In this document: in pieces, positions 1-9,363 of the stretch
How positions within the stretch are numbered: the first letter of the stretch is position 1
How the letters are laid out: each line of letters starts with the position of its first letter
Source of the DNA: an uncultured Spirochaetales bacterium
GTDB lineage: Bacteria > Myxococcota_A > UBA9160 > SMWR01
DNA length: 64,000 nucleotides
Assembly (NCBI GenBank): GCA_964653555.1
Contig: CAZZFT010000003.1
Location: forward strand, 13,642 to 77,641
Reading direction: 5' to 3'
The notes under the pieces: generated by a model
Told to the model about the DNA's origin: nothing
Databases searched by the model: none
Seen by the model: only the letters and a program-made list of their open reading frames with translations
Made by a program: the position numbers and the translations under genes

Positions 1-42
1 CCCGGCGCCCGCTCGCACCGGGGCCTGATCCACGCCCGACGC

Positions 43-798
43 TCAGCGCAGGTAGGAGAAGCCGCCGTTCACCGCGAGGGTCTCGCCGGTGATGTAGCCC
101 GAGTCGGGTCCGCACAGGAAGACGACGGCGCGGCCGATGTCGGCCTCGGGCTCTCCCAGGCGGCCCAGGGGCAGGCGCTTCTGCGACTGGCGGAACGCCT
201 CGGGGTTGGCCTCGGCCTGCTTGCGCAGCATCGGATTCCAGGCCGCCGGCAGGATCGCGTTCACGCGGATCCCGTCGCCGGCCCACTCCACGGCGGCCGC
301 CCGGGTGAGGGAGAGCACCGCCGCCTTCACCGCCGCGTAGCCGCCCAGCCCGCGCGGCTCGGGCGTCGAGCTCGCGCTCGAGCCCACGTTCACCACCACG
401 CCGCCGCCGCGCAGGTGGGGATGGCAGCGCTTCATGAAGCGCAGCACGGCCAGGGGCCCCGTCTCCCAGCCCAGCGCGAGCGCCTCGTCCTCGAGCTCGA
501 GGAGGGGGCCGAGCGGGTAGCTGGCGGCGTTGTTGATCAGCACGTCCAGACGCCCGAGACGCTCGACGGTCTGCCGGACGCAGGCGTCGATCTGGGCGGG
601 GTCGGTGACGTCGCACACGATCGCCTCGGCGCGGCGTCCGCGGCGCTCGATCTCCTTGCAGCTCTCCTCCAGCGTCGACGCCGTGCGTCCGGCCACCGCC
701 ACGTCGGCACCCTCGGCGGCGAGCGCCCAGGCGATGCCCTGCCCGATGCCCTGGCCGCCCCCGGTGACCAGGGCCACCCGTCCTTCCTGGGTTCCCAT
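43..798 (-). CDS. SDR family oxidoreductase
   Basis: C-terminal part of ORF 43..1701. ATG at 798 follows a GAGGAGG RBS. TGGGQGIG, NNA and YAAVK motifs. Confidence 0.9.
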   Translation of the reverse strand: MGTQEGRVALVTGGGQGIGQGIAWALAAEGADVAVAGRTASTLEESCKEIERRGRRAEAIVCDVTDPAQIDACVRQTVERLGRLDVLINNAASYPLGPLLELEDEALALGWETGPLAVLRFMKRCHPHLRGGGVVVNVGSSASSTPEPRGLGGYAAVKAAVLSLTRAAAVEWAGDGIRVNAILPAAWNPMLRKQAEANPEAFRQSQKRLPLGRLGEPEADIGRAVVFLCGPDSGYITGETLAVNGGFSYLR

Positions 799-827
799 GT
801 GCGCTTCCTCCTCGTCGATTGATGTGT

Positions 828-1673
828 TCATTTCGCAGCCGGATCGGGCCGGTACACTCGAATCGGTCGGAACTTCTTGAACAGCTCGGGCTGCTGGGAC
901 CAGGGACGGCCCGCGGTCAGCCCCCCGTCTACGACGAAGTTCTGGGCGGTGACGTAGGTGGCGGCGTCGCTGGCGAGCCACAGGGCGAGGCGCCCGATGT
1001 CCTCGGGCTCGCCGGCGCGCTCGATCGGCTGGGACGCCGCCATCTGCCGCTTCGCCACCTCGGCCGGATCCTCTCCCGACTCCGAGCGGCCGACGGTGGA
1101 GAGGGCGAGGGGGGTCGCGATGAAGCCCGGCGAGATCGAGTTCACGCGCACCCCGCGCGGGCCCAGCTCGAGCGCGACGGAGCGGGTGAGCTGGACGACC
1201 GCCGCCTTCGCCGCCGCGTAGGCGTGAGAGGAGTAGCCTCCCGCCAGGGCAGCGACGCTGGCCGTGTTGACGATCGCCCCGCCCTGGCGACACAAGAGCG
1301 GCGCCGCGTGCTTCATCCCCAGGAACACACCCCGCACCAGCACGGCGAAGGTGAGATCGAACTCCTCCACGGGCGTCTCGTGGATCGGACCGAAGACGCC
1401 CCCGAAGCCCGCATTGTTGAAGATGCAGTCGAGCCTTCCCCACTCGCTCTCGGCCCGGGCCACCAGGGCCTTCACGTCCTGCTCCCGGCTCACCTCGGTG
1501 CGCTGGAAGCGCGCCGCGCTGCCCAGCTCGCGCGCGACGCTCTCGCCCCGCTCCTGCTGCATGTCGCCGATCAGCACCCGGGCGCCGGCCTCGACGAACA
1601 GCCGGGCGGTGCCCTCGCCGATCCCGCTCGCCCCGCCCGTGATGATCGCGACGCGTCCGTCCAGCTCTGCCAT
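828..1673 (-). CDS. SDR family oxidoreductase
   Basis: TGGASGIG, NNAG and YAAAK motifs; 281 aa. Confidence 0.92.
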   Translation of the reverse strand: MAELDGRVAIITGGASGIGEGTARLFVEAGARVLIGDMQQERGESVARELGSAARFQRTEVSREQDVKALVARAESEWGRLDCIFNNAGFGGVFGPIHETPVEEFDLTFAVLVRGVFLGMKHAAPLLCRQGGAIVNTASVAALAGGYSSHAYAAAKAAVVQLTRSVALELGPRGVRVNSISPGFIATPLALSTVGRSESGEDPAEVAKRQMAASQPIERAGEPEDIGRLALWLASDAATYVTAQNFVVDGGLTAGRPWSQQPELFKKFRPIRVYRPDPAAK

Positions 1674-1697
1674 GTAGCCTCCCTGGGCCGCGCCGCG

Positions 1698-2441
1698 TCA
1701 CTCCAGCGCGTCGACCTGCCGCACCGCGGTGCCCTCGGCCAGCAGATCGACCAGGGCGAAGGATCCCGAGCGGATCGGCGAGCTGGCGTAGTAGGCGTGG
1801 ACGTCCTCGCCGCCGACGCGACGGTGCTCGTCGAGGTGACCCAGGGCGACGTAGTGGGCGCCGAGCGCCGTCAGCTCGTGGTCCTCGATCTGGTAGGAGA
1901 AACGGCGGTGGTAGGCGGAGGTCACGTGGATGCCGTGCGCCATCGCGATCCGCCAGTGGGGCCGCTCACCGTCCGCCGGCCAGTCGGGTGCGGCCGCGGC
2001 CGGCCGGAAGTCCTCGAAGTGCGTGTGCGCCTGTCCCCAGACCGACAGGCCCGCCCCGTCGAGCGCGACCAGCTCGCCCTCGGCCTCCGCGATCACCCGC
2101 ACGTTGGCCGGGAAGAGATGGGCGCAGCGCACCCAGGGGCTGCTCGCCATGTAGGGGTCGTGGTTCCCGGGCAGGATCACCACCGGGACCCCGATCCGCT
2201 CCAGCGCCTGCGCGGCCCGGGCCACCACCGCTTCGCGCACCTTGGGATGGTCGAAGAAGTCGCCCGCGATCAGCACCGCGTCCACCTGATCGCGCCGGGC
2301 CACGACGGCGAGCGCCTCCAGGGCGTCCAGGGGCTTCGGTCCGGGCGTGGGCAGATCGCACCCGACGTGCAGATCCGAGGTGTGCAGCAGCCGCACGCGG
2401 TGACCGGGCCGGGGGGAGCGGGAGACGGGGGCGGCGCTCAC
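1698..2441 (-). CDS. Metallophosphoesterase, SbcD/Mre11-like nuclease domain
   Basis: HTSDLH, GDFFD, PGNHD, AHG and YVALGH motifs. GTG start overlaps the stop of the upstream ligase (GTGA). Confidence 0.82.
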   Translation of the reverse strand: MSAAPVSRSPRPGHRVRLLHTSDLHVGCDLPTPGPKPLDALEALAVVARRDQVDAVLIAGDFFDHPKVREAVVARAAQALERIGVPVVILPGNHDPYMASSPWVRCAHLFPANVRVIAEAEGELVALDGAGLSVWGQAHTHFEDFRPAAAAPDWPADGERPHWRIAMAHGIHVTSAYHRRFSYQIEDHELTALGAHYVALGHLDEHRRVGGEDVHAYYASSPIRSGSFALVDLLAEGTAVRQVDALE

Positions 2442-4054
2442 GGCTGCTCTCCGCCGTCGCGCAGCACGGTCTTGCGGATCTTCCCCATTGCGTTGCGCGG
2501 AAACTCGCGGACGAAGCGGAACTCCGACGGGACCTTGTAACGCGCCAGGTGCTCGGCACAGTGGGCGCGCAGGGCCTCCGCGTCGACGGAGATCCCGGGC
2601 TCGCTCTGCACGTAGGCGACCACGCGTTCGCCGAGGCGCGGGTCGGGAACGCCGATCACGGCGCAGGCGATGACCCGCTCGTGGGCGTGCAGCACCCGCT
2701 CGATCTCGGCCGGGTAGACGTTCGCGCCGCCGCGCAGGATCAGCTCCTTGCGGCGACCGCGCAGACGGAGATCGCCCTCCCCGTCGAGGGCGCCGAGATC
2801 GCCGGTCCGCAGCAGCCCCCCGCGCAGCGCCTCCCGCGACGCCTCGGGCTGGTTCCAGTAGCCGAGGAAGGGCGTGTACCAGCCGGCGAAGGGCCCCTCG
2901 CTGGCGGGGCCGACGCACACTTCACCGACCTCATCCGTCCCCACCGGGCGGTCCTGCTCGTCGCGGATGTGGATCGCCACCTGGGGACAGGCGCGGCCGC
3001 AGCCCTCGGCCCGGTAGGGATCCCCGGCCCGTGTTCGCGTCACCGCGGTCGGCGCCTCGGTGAGCCCGTAGCCGATCTGCACCTCCGTGCCGAAGCGCTC
3101 GCGATACAGCAGGCGGAAGGCCTCGGGGCAGTCGGCACCACCGACCTCGGGGCGGCGCAGCGTCGCCAGGTCGGCGGGCTTCACGTCCGGGTGCGTGAGC
3201 AGGTCGTGCAGCACGGTGGGGACGGCCGCGAAGTGTCCGATCCGCTCGCTGCGTACCCACTCGGCGATCCCCAGGGCGTCGATCCGGTCCATCGCCACGC
3301 ACGCGCTCCCGCACTGGAACGCCACCAGGGGCCCGAGCACCACCAGGTTCAAGATGGTGAGGGGCAGCACCACGCCCTGGGCCACCTCGGGCCCGTAGGT
3401 TCCCGCGCGCTGGGCGACCGCCCCGGGCAGCAGCAGGTTGTGCTGGCTGTGCACGGCGCCCTTGGGAAAACCGGTGGTGCCGCTCGTGTAGGCGATCGCG
3501 GCGGGCGCGAAGGGATCGATCGGGTTGCCGCGCAGCGGCGCCGGCGACGCGGCGCGGAGCGCGCGGGCGAAGTCGCTGTCGGGATCTCCGGGATCCGCGC
3601 CGAAGATCGCGACGAGCTCGGGCAGCTCGGCGCGACGGGGCTCGAGCTGCCCCCGCGCGTCGCGGTCGGCGAGCAGCAGGCGCGCCCCGCAGTCGCGCAG
3701 CAGGTAGGCCTTCTCGGGCGGCGCCAGGGCGCGATTGACGCCCACCCAGATCGCCCCCAGACGCATCGCGCCGAGGAAGGCCACGACGATCTCCGTGTCG
3801 TTGGGGAGCGAGACGGCGATCCGGTCCCCGGGAGCGACGCCGGCGTCGGCAAAGCACCGGGCCGCGCGGTTCGCAGCCTCGTCGAGCTCCGCATAGCGGT
3901 AGCGCGCGTGGCGACCGACCAGCGCCTCGCGATCCGGCTCCTCCCGCAGCGTCGCCTCCAGCACCTCGGCGATCGTCTGGGGGCCGCCCGGGATCTCTGG
4001 ACGCCGCGGCGACGGGACGAGCCCGTGGCGGCCGAGATCGAGCTCGTTCACCAA
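2438..4054 (-). CDS. AMP-binding acyl-CoA synthetase (CoA ligase)
   Basis: YTSGTTGFPKG, YGLTE, TGD and GKI motifs. Start could be 4054 or 4051. Confidence 0.92.
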   Translation of the reverse strand: MVNELDLGRHGLVPSPRRPEIPGGPQTIAEVLEATLREEPDREALVGRHARYRYAELDEAANRAARCFADAGVAPGDRIAVSLPNDTEIVVAFLGAMRLGAIWVGVNRALAPPEKAYLLRDCGARLLLADRDARGQLEPRRAELPELVAIFGADPGDPDSDFARALRAASPAPLRGNPIDPFAPAAIAYTSGTTGFPKGAVHSQHNLLLPGAVAQRAGTYGPEVAQGVVLPLTILNLVVLGPLVAFQCGSACVAMDRIDALGIAEWVRSERIGHFAAVPTVLHDLLTHPDVKPADLATLRRPEVGGADCPEAFRLLYRERFGTEVQIGYGLTEAPTAVTRTRAGDPYRAEGCGRACPQVAIHIRDEQDRPVGTDEVGEVCVGPASEGPFAGWYTPFLGYWNQPEASREALRGGLLRTGDLGALDGEGDLRLRGRRKELILRGGANVYPAEIERVLHAHERVIACAVIGVPDPRLGERVVAYVQSEPGISVDAEALRAHCAEHLARYKVPSEFRFVREFPRNAMGKIRKTVLRDGGEQP

Positions 4055-4060
4055 GCCTCC

Positions 4061-4831
4061 TCAGGGCCGCATGTACCAGCCACCGCTCACGTTCAGCGCC
4101 TCGCCGGTGATGAAGCCGGCGCGGCGCTCGGAGGCGAGGAAGGCGATCGCCTCGACGACGTCCTGGCTGGTTCCGTAGCGCCGCAGCGGCGTGTCCTGCT
4201 TCAGGGCCGCGAACTGCGACTCGAACTTCTGGACGAAGCGGGAGTCGATCAGCCCCGGCGCCACCGCGTTGCAGCGGATGCCGTGGGGGCCGAGCTCGTG
4301 GGCGACGTTTCGCATCAGCGAGAAGAGCGCCGCCTTCGCCACCGAGTAGGCGGGCTCGCCACGCTCCTCGTTCGGATTGCCGATCCAGCCGGCGACCGAG
4401 GAGATGTAGACGATGTTGCCGCGCCGGCGCTGGACCATGCCGGGCAGCACCTTGTGGGTCAGGTAGAAGTTGGCGTTCAGGCTCACGTCGAGGGTGCGGT
4501 CCCAGTCGGCGGGGTCGTAGTCGACCATGTGCCCGAGCTTGTTCTCGGCCGCGTTGCACACCAGCACGTCGACGCCGCCGAGCTCGTCGTCGGCCGCCGC
4601 GATCATGCGGTCGACGGCGGCACGGTCGGCGATGTCGAGATGGAAGTCGAGCACGCGCGCGCCCGTCTCGTCGCGGATCCGCCCGGCCCAGCGCCCGTTG
4701 CGGGCCGCGTGCACGTCGCAGATCACGACGTTCGCGCCCTCCTGGGCGAAGCGCAGCGCCGTCGGACCGCCGATGCAGTCTCCCCCGCCCCCGGTCACCA
4801 GGACCGACTGTCCTTCGAACTCCCGCTCCAC
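4061..4831 (-). CDS. SDR family oxidoreductase
   Basis: TGGGGDCIG glycine loop with an insertion; YSVAK catalytic motif. Confidence 0.9.
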   Translation of the reverse strand: MEREFEGQSVLVTGGGGDCIGGPTALRFAQEGANVVICDVHAARNGRWAGRIRDETGARVLDFHLDIADRAAVDRMIAAADDELGGVDVLVCNAAENKLGHMVDYDPADWDRTLDVSLNANFYLTHKVLPGMVQRRRGNIVYISSVAGWIGNPNEERGEPAYSVAKAALFSLMRNVAHELGPHGIRCNAVAPGLIDSRFVQKFESQFAALKQDTPLRRYGTSQDVVEAIAFLASERRAGFITGEALNVSGGWYMRP

Positions 4832-4843
4832 GGGCCCCTCCCC

Positions 4844-6037
4844 TCAGTCCGCCGAAACGAGCCGGCGTCCGTTGTCGCGCAGCACCATGCGAAGCTGGTC
4901 CTCCGGCAGCCGCCCCTCGAGCTGGGAGGGGAAGCGCTCGGGATTCTCGAGCCCCTCCGGGTGCGGGTAGTCGGAGCCGAACACGACCTGGCTCGCCCCG
5001 AGCAGATCCACCAACGCCACGTGGTCTTCCTCGTGATAGGGATTGACGAAGACGTGGCGCTTGAAGATCTCGCTGGGGAGCCCGGGCGGGCGCCCTCCCG
5101 GCCAGGGACCGTTGCGTCCCATGCCCTTCATCTTGTCCATCGCCTTCATCAGGTAGGGCACCCACAGGCTGCCGTTCTCGACCGAGAAGACCTTCACCTT
5201 CGGGTAGCGCCCGAAGAAGTTGTGGTAGATGAGCGACGAGATCGTGTCCATGATCGGCCGATCGCCGTAGAAGTTCGTCCACTGGAACGCGGACTGGCTG
5301 TGCGAAGAGGGCCGGGGCTGCTCGCCCCAGTGGACACTGAACAGCTCGTTGTAGCCCGACTCTCCCACGTGAAAGGCGACGGTGACCCCGGCCTCGTTCG
5401 CGCGCGACCAGAAGGCGTCGAACACGGGGTGGCCCGGCGCCTGGCCGCCGACGGGCCCGGGAAGCATCGCGACCATGCGGGCGCCCCGCTCCAGCACCCA
5501 CTCCAGCTCCTTCACGGCCGCGTCCACGTCGCGCAGCGAGATCATCGCCGGGGTGTAGATGCGCCCGTCGCGGGCGAGCCCCCACTCGTCGTCGAGCCAT
5601 CGGTTGAAGGCGCGGTAGTTGGCGTAGAGCGCCCCCACGTCGTCCTTGAGCATCGGCTCGAGGCACACGCCCAGGGTGGGGAAGAGGATGCACGACTCGA
5701 TGCCGCGTGCGTCCATGAACGCGACCCGCGCGCTGCGGTCGCGGGCCTCGGGCCGGATCGGCTCGACCACCCCCGAGTCCTCGGGGATCTCCTTGGTCAG
5801 CGTGCGCAGGAACTCGCGCAGCGACCCCGGGCGCATCGCCGTGTCGAAGTTGAAGTCGGTGTCGTCGAGGAAGTTGAAACGACGGTCTCCGATGTAGATG
5901 CGGTCCTTGCCGTTCTCGTCCTTGCGCGCCTGGACGGCGAGGTCCCGGTAGCCGGGCTCGATGTAGCGGGTGAAGGCGTCCCGGCCCTCGTAGTAGTGGT
6001 TGTCGGCGTCGAACAGGCCATAGCTCAGCTTCGACAT
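4844..6037 (-). CDS. Amidohydrolase family 2 protein
   Basis: DADNH, FH and FGSDYPHPEG motifs. Confidence 0.9.
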   Translation of the reverse strand: MSKLSYGLFDADNHYYEGRDAFTRYIEPGYRDLAVQARKDENGKDRIYIGDRRFNFLDDTDFNFDTAMRPGSLREFLRTLTKEIPEDSGVVEPIRPEARDRSARVAFMDARGIESCILFPTLGVCLEPMLKDDVGALYANYRAFNRWLDDEWGLARDGRIYTPAMISLRDVDAAVKELEWVLERGARMVAMLPGPVGGQAPGHPVFDAFWSRANEAGVTVAFHVGESGYNELFSVHWGEQPRPSSHSQSAFQWTNFYGDRPIMDTISSLIYHNFFGRYPKVKVFSVENGSLWVPYLMKAMDKMKGMGRNGPWPGGRPPGLPSEIFKRHVFVNPYHEEDHVALVDLLGASQVVFGSDYPHPEGLENPERFPSQLEGRLPEDQLRMVLRDNGRRLVSAD

Positions 6038-6047
6038 CGCGCACTCC

Positions 6048-6833
6048 TCATCGCGCGTGCTTCTCGAGGAAGTCGCGCAGCGCCCGATTCACCGGCTCGG
6101 GATGGGTGAGATTGGGGGCGTGGGCCGCGCCCGGAACCACGACCAGCCCCTGGCAGGCGGGCAGCTCGTCACGCAGTCCCTCGGCGACCGAGAGGTCGAA
6201 GGCCACGTCGCGATCGCCGTGGATCACCAGGGACGGGCACGCGATCTCCTTCACGCGCGCAAAGATCTCGTCGCGACCCAGCACCGTATTCCAGGGCTCG
6301 TTCCACTGCGAGGGCGCCCGGCTCTGCCACTTCGCAATCCAGGTCGACGCGTCGTAGGCCGCGCCGAACACCAGCTCGGCCATGCCCGTGGCGGTCTCGC
6401 CGAGGGGCCCGTCCTCGACCCAGGTGCGCTGGGTGGCCCGATAGGCCTCGAGGGTCGCTGCGTCGAAGGACGCCGCCGCGGTGTCGATCAGCACCAGGGC
6501 GCGCACCCGGTCGGGGTGGGCGAGCGCCGCCCGCAGCGCGGTGAAGCCGCCCTGGGACATGCCGACGAAGGTGGCCCGGTCGAGGCCCACCCGGTCGAGC
6601 AGCGCCACGCAGTCCGCGGCGGAATCCCAGTAGTCGAAGGGGCCGCGGCATTCGCTCATCCCGTGACCGCGCGCATCCCAGGTGATGCAGCGGAAGTCGC
6701 CACTCAGGGCGCGCACCTGGGCGTCGAACATTCCGTGATCGAGCAGGAACCCGTGGCTGAACAGAACGGCCGGCCCGCTCCCCCCGGAATCCTCGTAGTA
6801 GAGGCGGTTGCCTCGAACCTCGGCGAAGGGCAT
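6048..6833 (-). CDS. Alpha/beta hydrolase
   Basis: HG, DARGHG and GMSQG nucleophile elbow; C-terminal AAH. Confidence 0.9.
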   Translation of the reverse strand: MPFAEVRGNRLYYEDSGGSGPAVLFSHGFLLDHGMFDAQVRALSGDFRCITWDARGHGMSECRGPFDYWDSAADCVALLDRVGLDRATFVGMSQGGFTALRAALAHPDRVRALVLIDTAAASFDAATLEAYRATQRTWVEDGPLGETATGMAELVFGAAYDASTWIAKWQSRAPSQWNEPWNTVLGRDEIFARVKEIACPSLVIHGDRDVAFDLSVAEGLRDELPACQGLVVVPGAAHAPNLTHPEPVNRALRDFLEKHAR

Positions 6834-8072
6834 CTAGCGGAACTCCGGCATCACCTTGGTGGCGAAGAGCTCGAGCTGCCGGTCCTGCACGTGACGGGGC
6901 GTGCTCCCCTGACAGAAGAAGTTCCAGGACAGCCACTCGAGGTCGCCGTCCGCGTGACAGCGGACCAGCGGCTCCATCGCTCGTTTGATGTCGTCGACGG
7001 TACCGCAGAGCTGGTAGCCCTTCTCGATCATCCGCTTCACCGCCACCTCGTTGCTCGGAAACTTGAGCGGCCGCTGGTTCGGATCGTCCTCGGGATTCCG
7101 GAACAGCTCGAGGAAGCCGAAGTTCCCGAAGTAGTGCTGGTAGGAGTAGCCGGTGGTGTCGGCGGCCAGCTGGAAGGCCTCTTCGTAGGTGTCTCCGATG
7201 CAGATCGCCCGCACGCAGCCGCAGTTCTCGCCGAGGCCGAACTCGAAGCCCTTCTCGCCGGCGATGCGCCGGTACTCGCGACACATCTCCAGGAACTTCG
7301 CCGGGTCCCCCTCCCAGATCCAGGGCAGCCAGCCGTGCTCGGCGCAGTTGACGAGCGACGGCATTCCACCGGTGACCGGGATCGAGATCGGCGGGTGGGG
7401 CTCCTGGTAGGGCCGCGGACAGACGCCGATCTTGCGGATCACGCCCTCGTCGTCGATCTCGCCGTCGGCGCCGTAGGTACGCGTGTAGTCCACGGCGGCC
7501 CAGCCCTCGATGCCCGTATCGTGGGGATAGGGGACCTGGAAGTACTTGCCGTCGTAGTCGAAGCAGTCCTTCGTCCAGGCCTGGACGAGGATTTCGACCG
7601 CCTCGTCGTAGCGCTCCCGGTTGGCGAGGTCGGCGGCCGAGCGATCGCCCGTGGCGACGGTGCCGCCCTGCCCCAACACCTGCATCCAGCGCTTCTGGTA
7701 GCCGCGCGCGAAGGCGACGCCGACGCGGCCCTGGGTGAGCTGGTCGAGGATCGCCAGATCCTCCGCGGCCCGGATCGGGTTGGCGGAGGTCATCACGATC
7801 GACATCGGGATGAATCGGATCTGCTTCGTCCGGGCGGCGAAGTCGGCGAAGAGCAGGATTGGATTGACCGACAGCTCGTTCCCCTCGGTGTGGAAGTGGT
7901 GCTCCGTGGTGGAGAAGGCGTCGATTCCCAGCTGGTCGGCCGTGATCGCGAGATGGCGCAGCTCCTCGAGCATCATCTGGTAGCGCTCGGTGCTGCGCCC
8001 CACCGGACGCAGCCGTTCACGCTCCTCGAGCGTCGCCGGAACCGTGGGCATGGCGAACAGGTCGATCTTCAT
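6834..8072 (-). CDS. LLM-class (luciferase-like) flavin-dependent oxidoreductase
   Basis: TEHHF, PIRAAEDLAILDQLTQGR and PRPYQEPHPP motifs. Confidence 0.9.
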   Translation of the reverse strand: MKIDLFAMPTVPATLEERERLRPVGRSTERYQMMLEELRHLAITADQLGIDAFSTTEHHFHTEGNELSVNPILLFADFAARTKQIRFIPMSIVMTSANPIRAAEDLAILDQLTQGRVGVAFARGYQKRWMQVLGQGGTVATGDRSAADLANRERYDEAVEILVQAWTKDCFDYDGKYFQVPYPHDTGIEGWAAVDYTRTYGADGEIDDEGVIRKIGVCPRPYQEPHPPISIPVTGGMPSLVNCAEHGWLPWIWEGDPAKFLEMCREYRRIAGEKGFEFGLGENCGCVRAICIGDTYEEAFQLAADTTGYSYQHYFGNFGFLELFRNPEDDPNQRPLKFPSNEVAVKRMIEKGYQLCGTVDDIKRAMEPLVRCHADGDLEWLSWNFFCQGSTPRHVQDRQLELFATKVMPEFR

Positions 8073-8088
8073 CCCGATCTCCTCGTGG

Positions 8089-9360
8089 TCATTGGAAGCG
8101 GCTCCGGATCCACTCGCAGATCCGCTGGACGGCCGTCTCCTGGCCGCTGCGGTCCTGCATTCCGCCCGGCCCGTAGCCGAGGTGGTCCCCCTTGATGCGG
8201 TGGATCTCCTTGTCCGGGGCGGGCGAGGCTTCGTAGATCGCGTCGGTATCGCAGGACAGGACGGCGTTGTCGCCGAGATAGGCGATCACCAGCGTGGGAA
8301 TCGCGATCCGGGGCAGCGCGTCGAGCGTCGAGGCGCGCGAGCTGTGGCCCGACCAGGTCGACAGCCAGGCGCGGGGCGTCTGGTACTTGCCGAAGCCGGC
8401 CTCCAGATAGTTGAACAGATCGGGACGCGTCGAGAAGAAGGAGCCGATTGCGCGGTCGCTCGGGTGGAGCGACGGATCCGTGTAGGCGGGATTGGCCTCG
8501 GTCCGGTGGATCGCCATGTAACGGCCCAGCAGACCCCGGCGCAGGCACCACTGCTGCTCGGCGAAGGGGAGGCTCTCGAAGTCGGGTGCTCCCACCCGCG
8601 CGAGGTAGTGGCGCTGCTCCGCCACGAACCCGCGCGCGATCGCGTCGATGCGCGCCACCCGGGCGAGCTGTCCGGCCCGGTAGCATTCGAGGAAGGACGG
8701 GTCGTACTTCGAGGGCTGGGGCAGCGGACGGAACCCGTTCGCCGGATCGTACATGTCGAGGGCGGGATCGATCGAGAGCGGATCGTTCTCGTCGACCAGC
8801 GAGGGATCGATGATCACGTTCATCAGCTTCCCCTCGCCCAGGTGGGTGGCGAGCTGGACGATGCCGTCCGCCTCGGGCAGGTCGAAGCCGTTCAGGTCGC
8901 AGGCATCGCCCGCGGCGGTGTCGCGCAGACGTCCCGGCGGCGGCGTCGCCGCCTGGGACTGGTAGAAGGAGTAGAGGGCGCCTCCGCCGCTGTTGCCGAG
9001 CAGGACGACGCGCTCGAAGCCGCGATCGCGCAGGTGCCGGACGCCGGCCGCAACGTCGAGCAGCAGGCGCTCCTTGATGCAGTTGACGTCGTTGTTGATG
9101 AAGCGGCCGGCCTGGCCCCAGGCGGCGACGCCCGCCTCGAGCAGACCCGGCATGGCGTAGTGACGCTGCATGTCGCCGCGCGGGTGCATCATCATCGCCA
9201 CGACCCGCTCGCCGCCGCGCCGGTGCAGCAGGCCGTGGGACTCGCCGCCGTCCTCGGCCACGAGCGGCACCGGCTCGGGCGAGACGCCGGCGGGAAGCCC
9301 GCCGTAGGACCACAGGCTGGGACCGAGCGCGGGGTAGCGGGCGATGGCCGGGATCGTCAC
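8089..9360 (-). CDS. Alpha/beta hydrolase fold protein
   Basis: LLGNSGGG elbow; C-terminal GD...GDH putative acid and His residues. Confidence 0.75.
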   Translation of the reverse strand: MTIPAIARYPALGPSLWSYGGLPAGVSPEPVPLVAEDGGESHGLLHRRGGERVVAMMMHPRGDMQRHYAMPGLLEAGVAAWGQAGRFINNDVNCIKERLLLDVAAGVRHLRDRGFERVVLLGNSGGGALYSFYQSQAATPPPGRLRDTAAGDACDLNGFDLPEADGIVQLATHLGEGKLMNVIIDPSLVDENDPLSIDPALDMYDPANGFRPLPQPSKYDPSFLECYRAGQLARVARIDAIARGFVAEQRHYLARVGAPDFESLPFAEQQWCLRRGLLGRYMAIHRTEANPAYTDPSLHPSDRAIGSFFSTRPDLFNYLEAGFGKYQTPRAWLSTWSGHSSRASTLDALPRIAIPTLVIAYLGDNAVLSCDTDAIYEASPAPDKEIHRIKGDHLGYGPGGMQDRSGQETAVQRICEWIRSRFQ

Positions 9361-9363
9361 GGC

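Noticed and set aside
43-1701. 552-aa ORF read as a fused double SDR
   Set aside because: The N-terminal half is off-frame over the SDR at 828-1673. The real gene starts at 798 with its own RBS.
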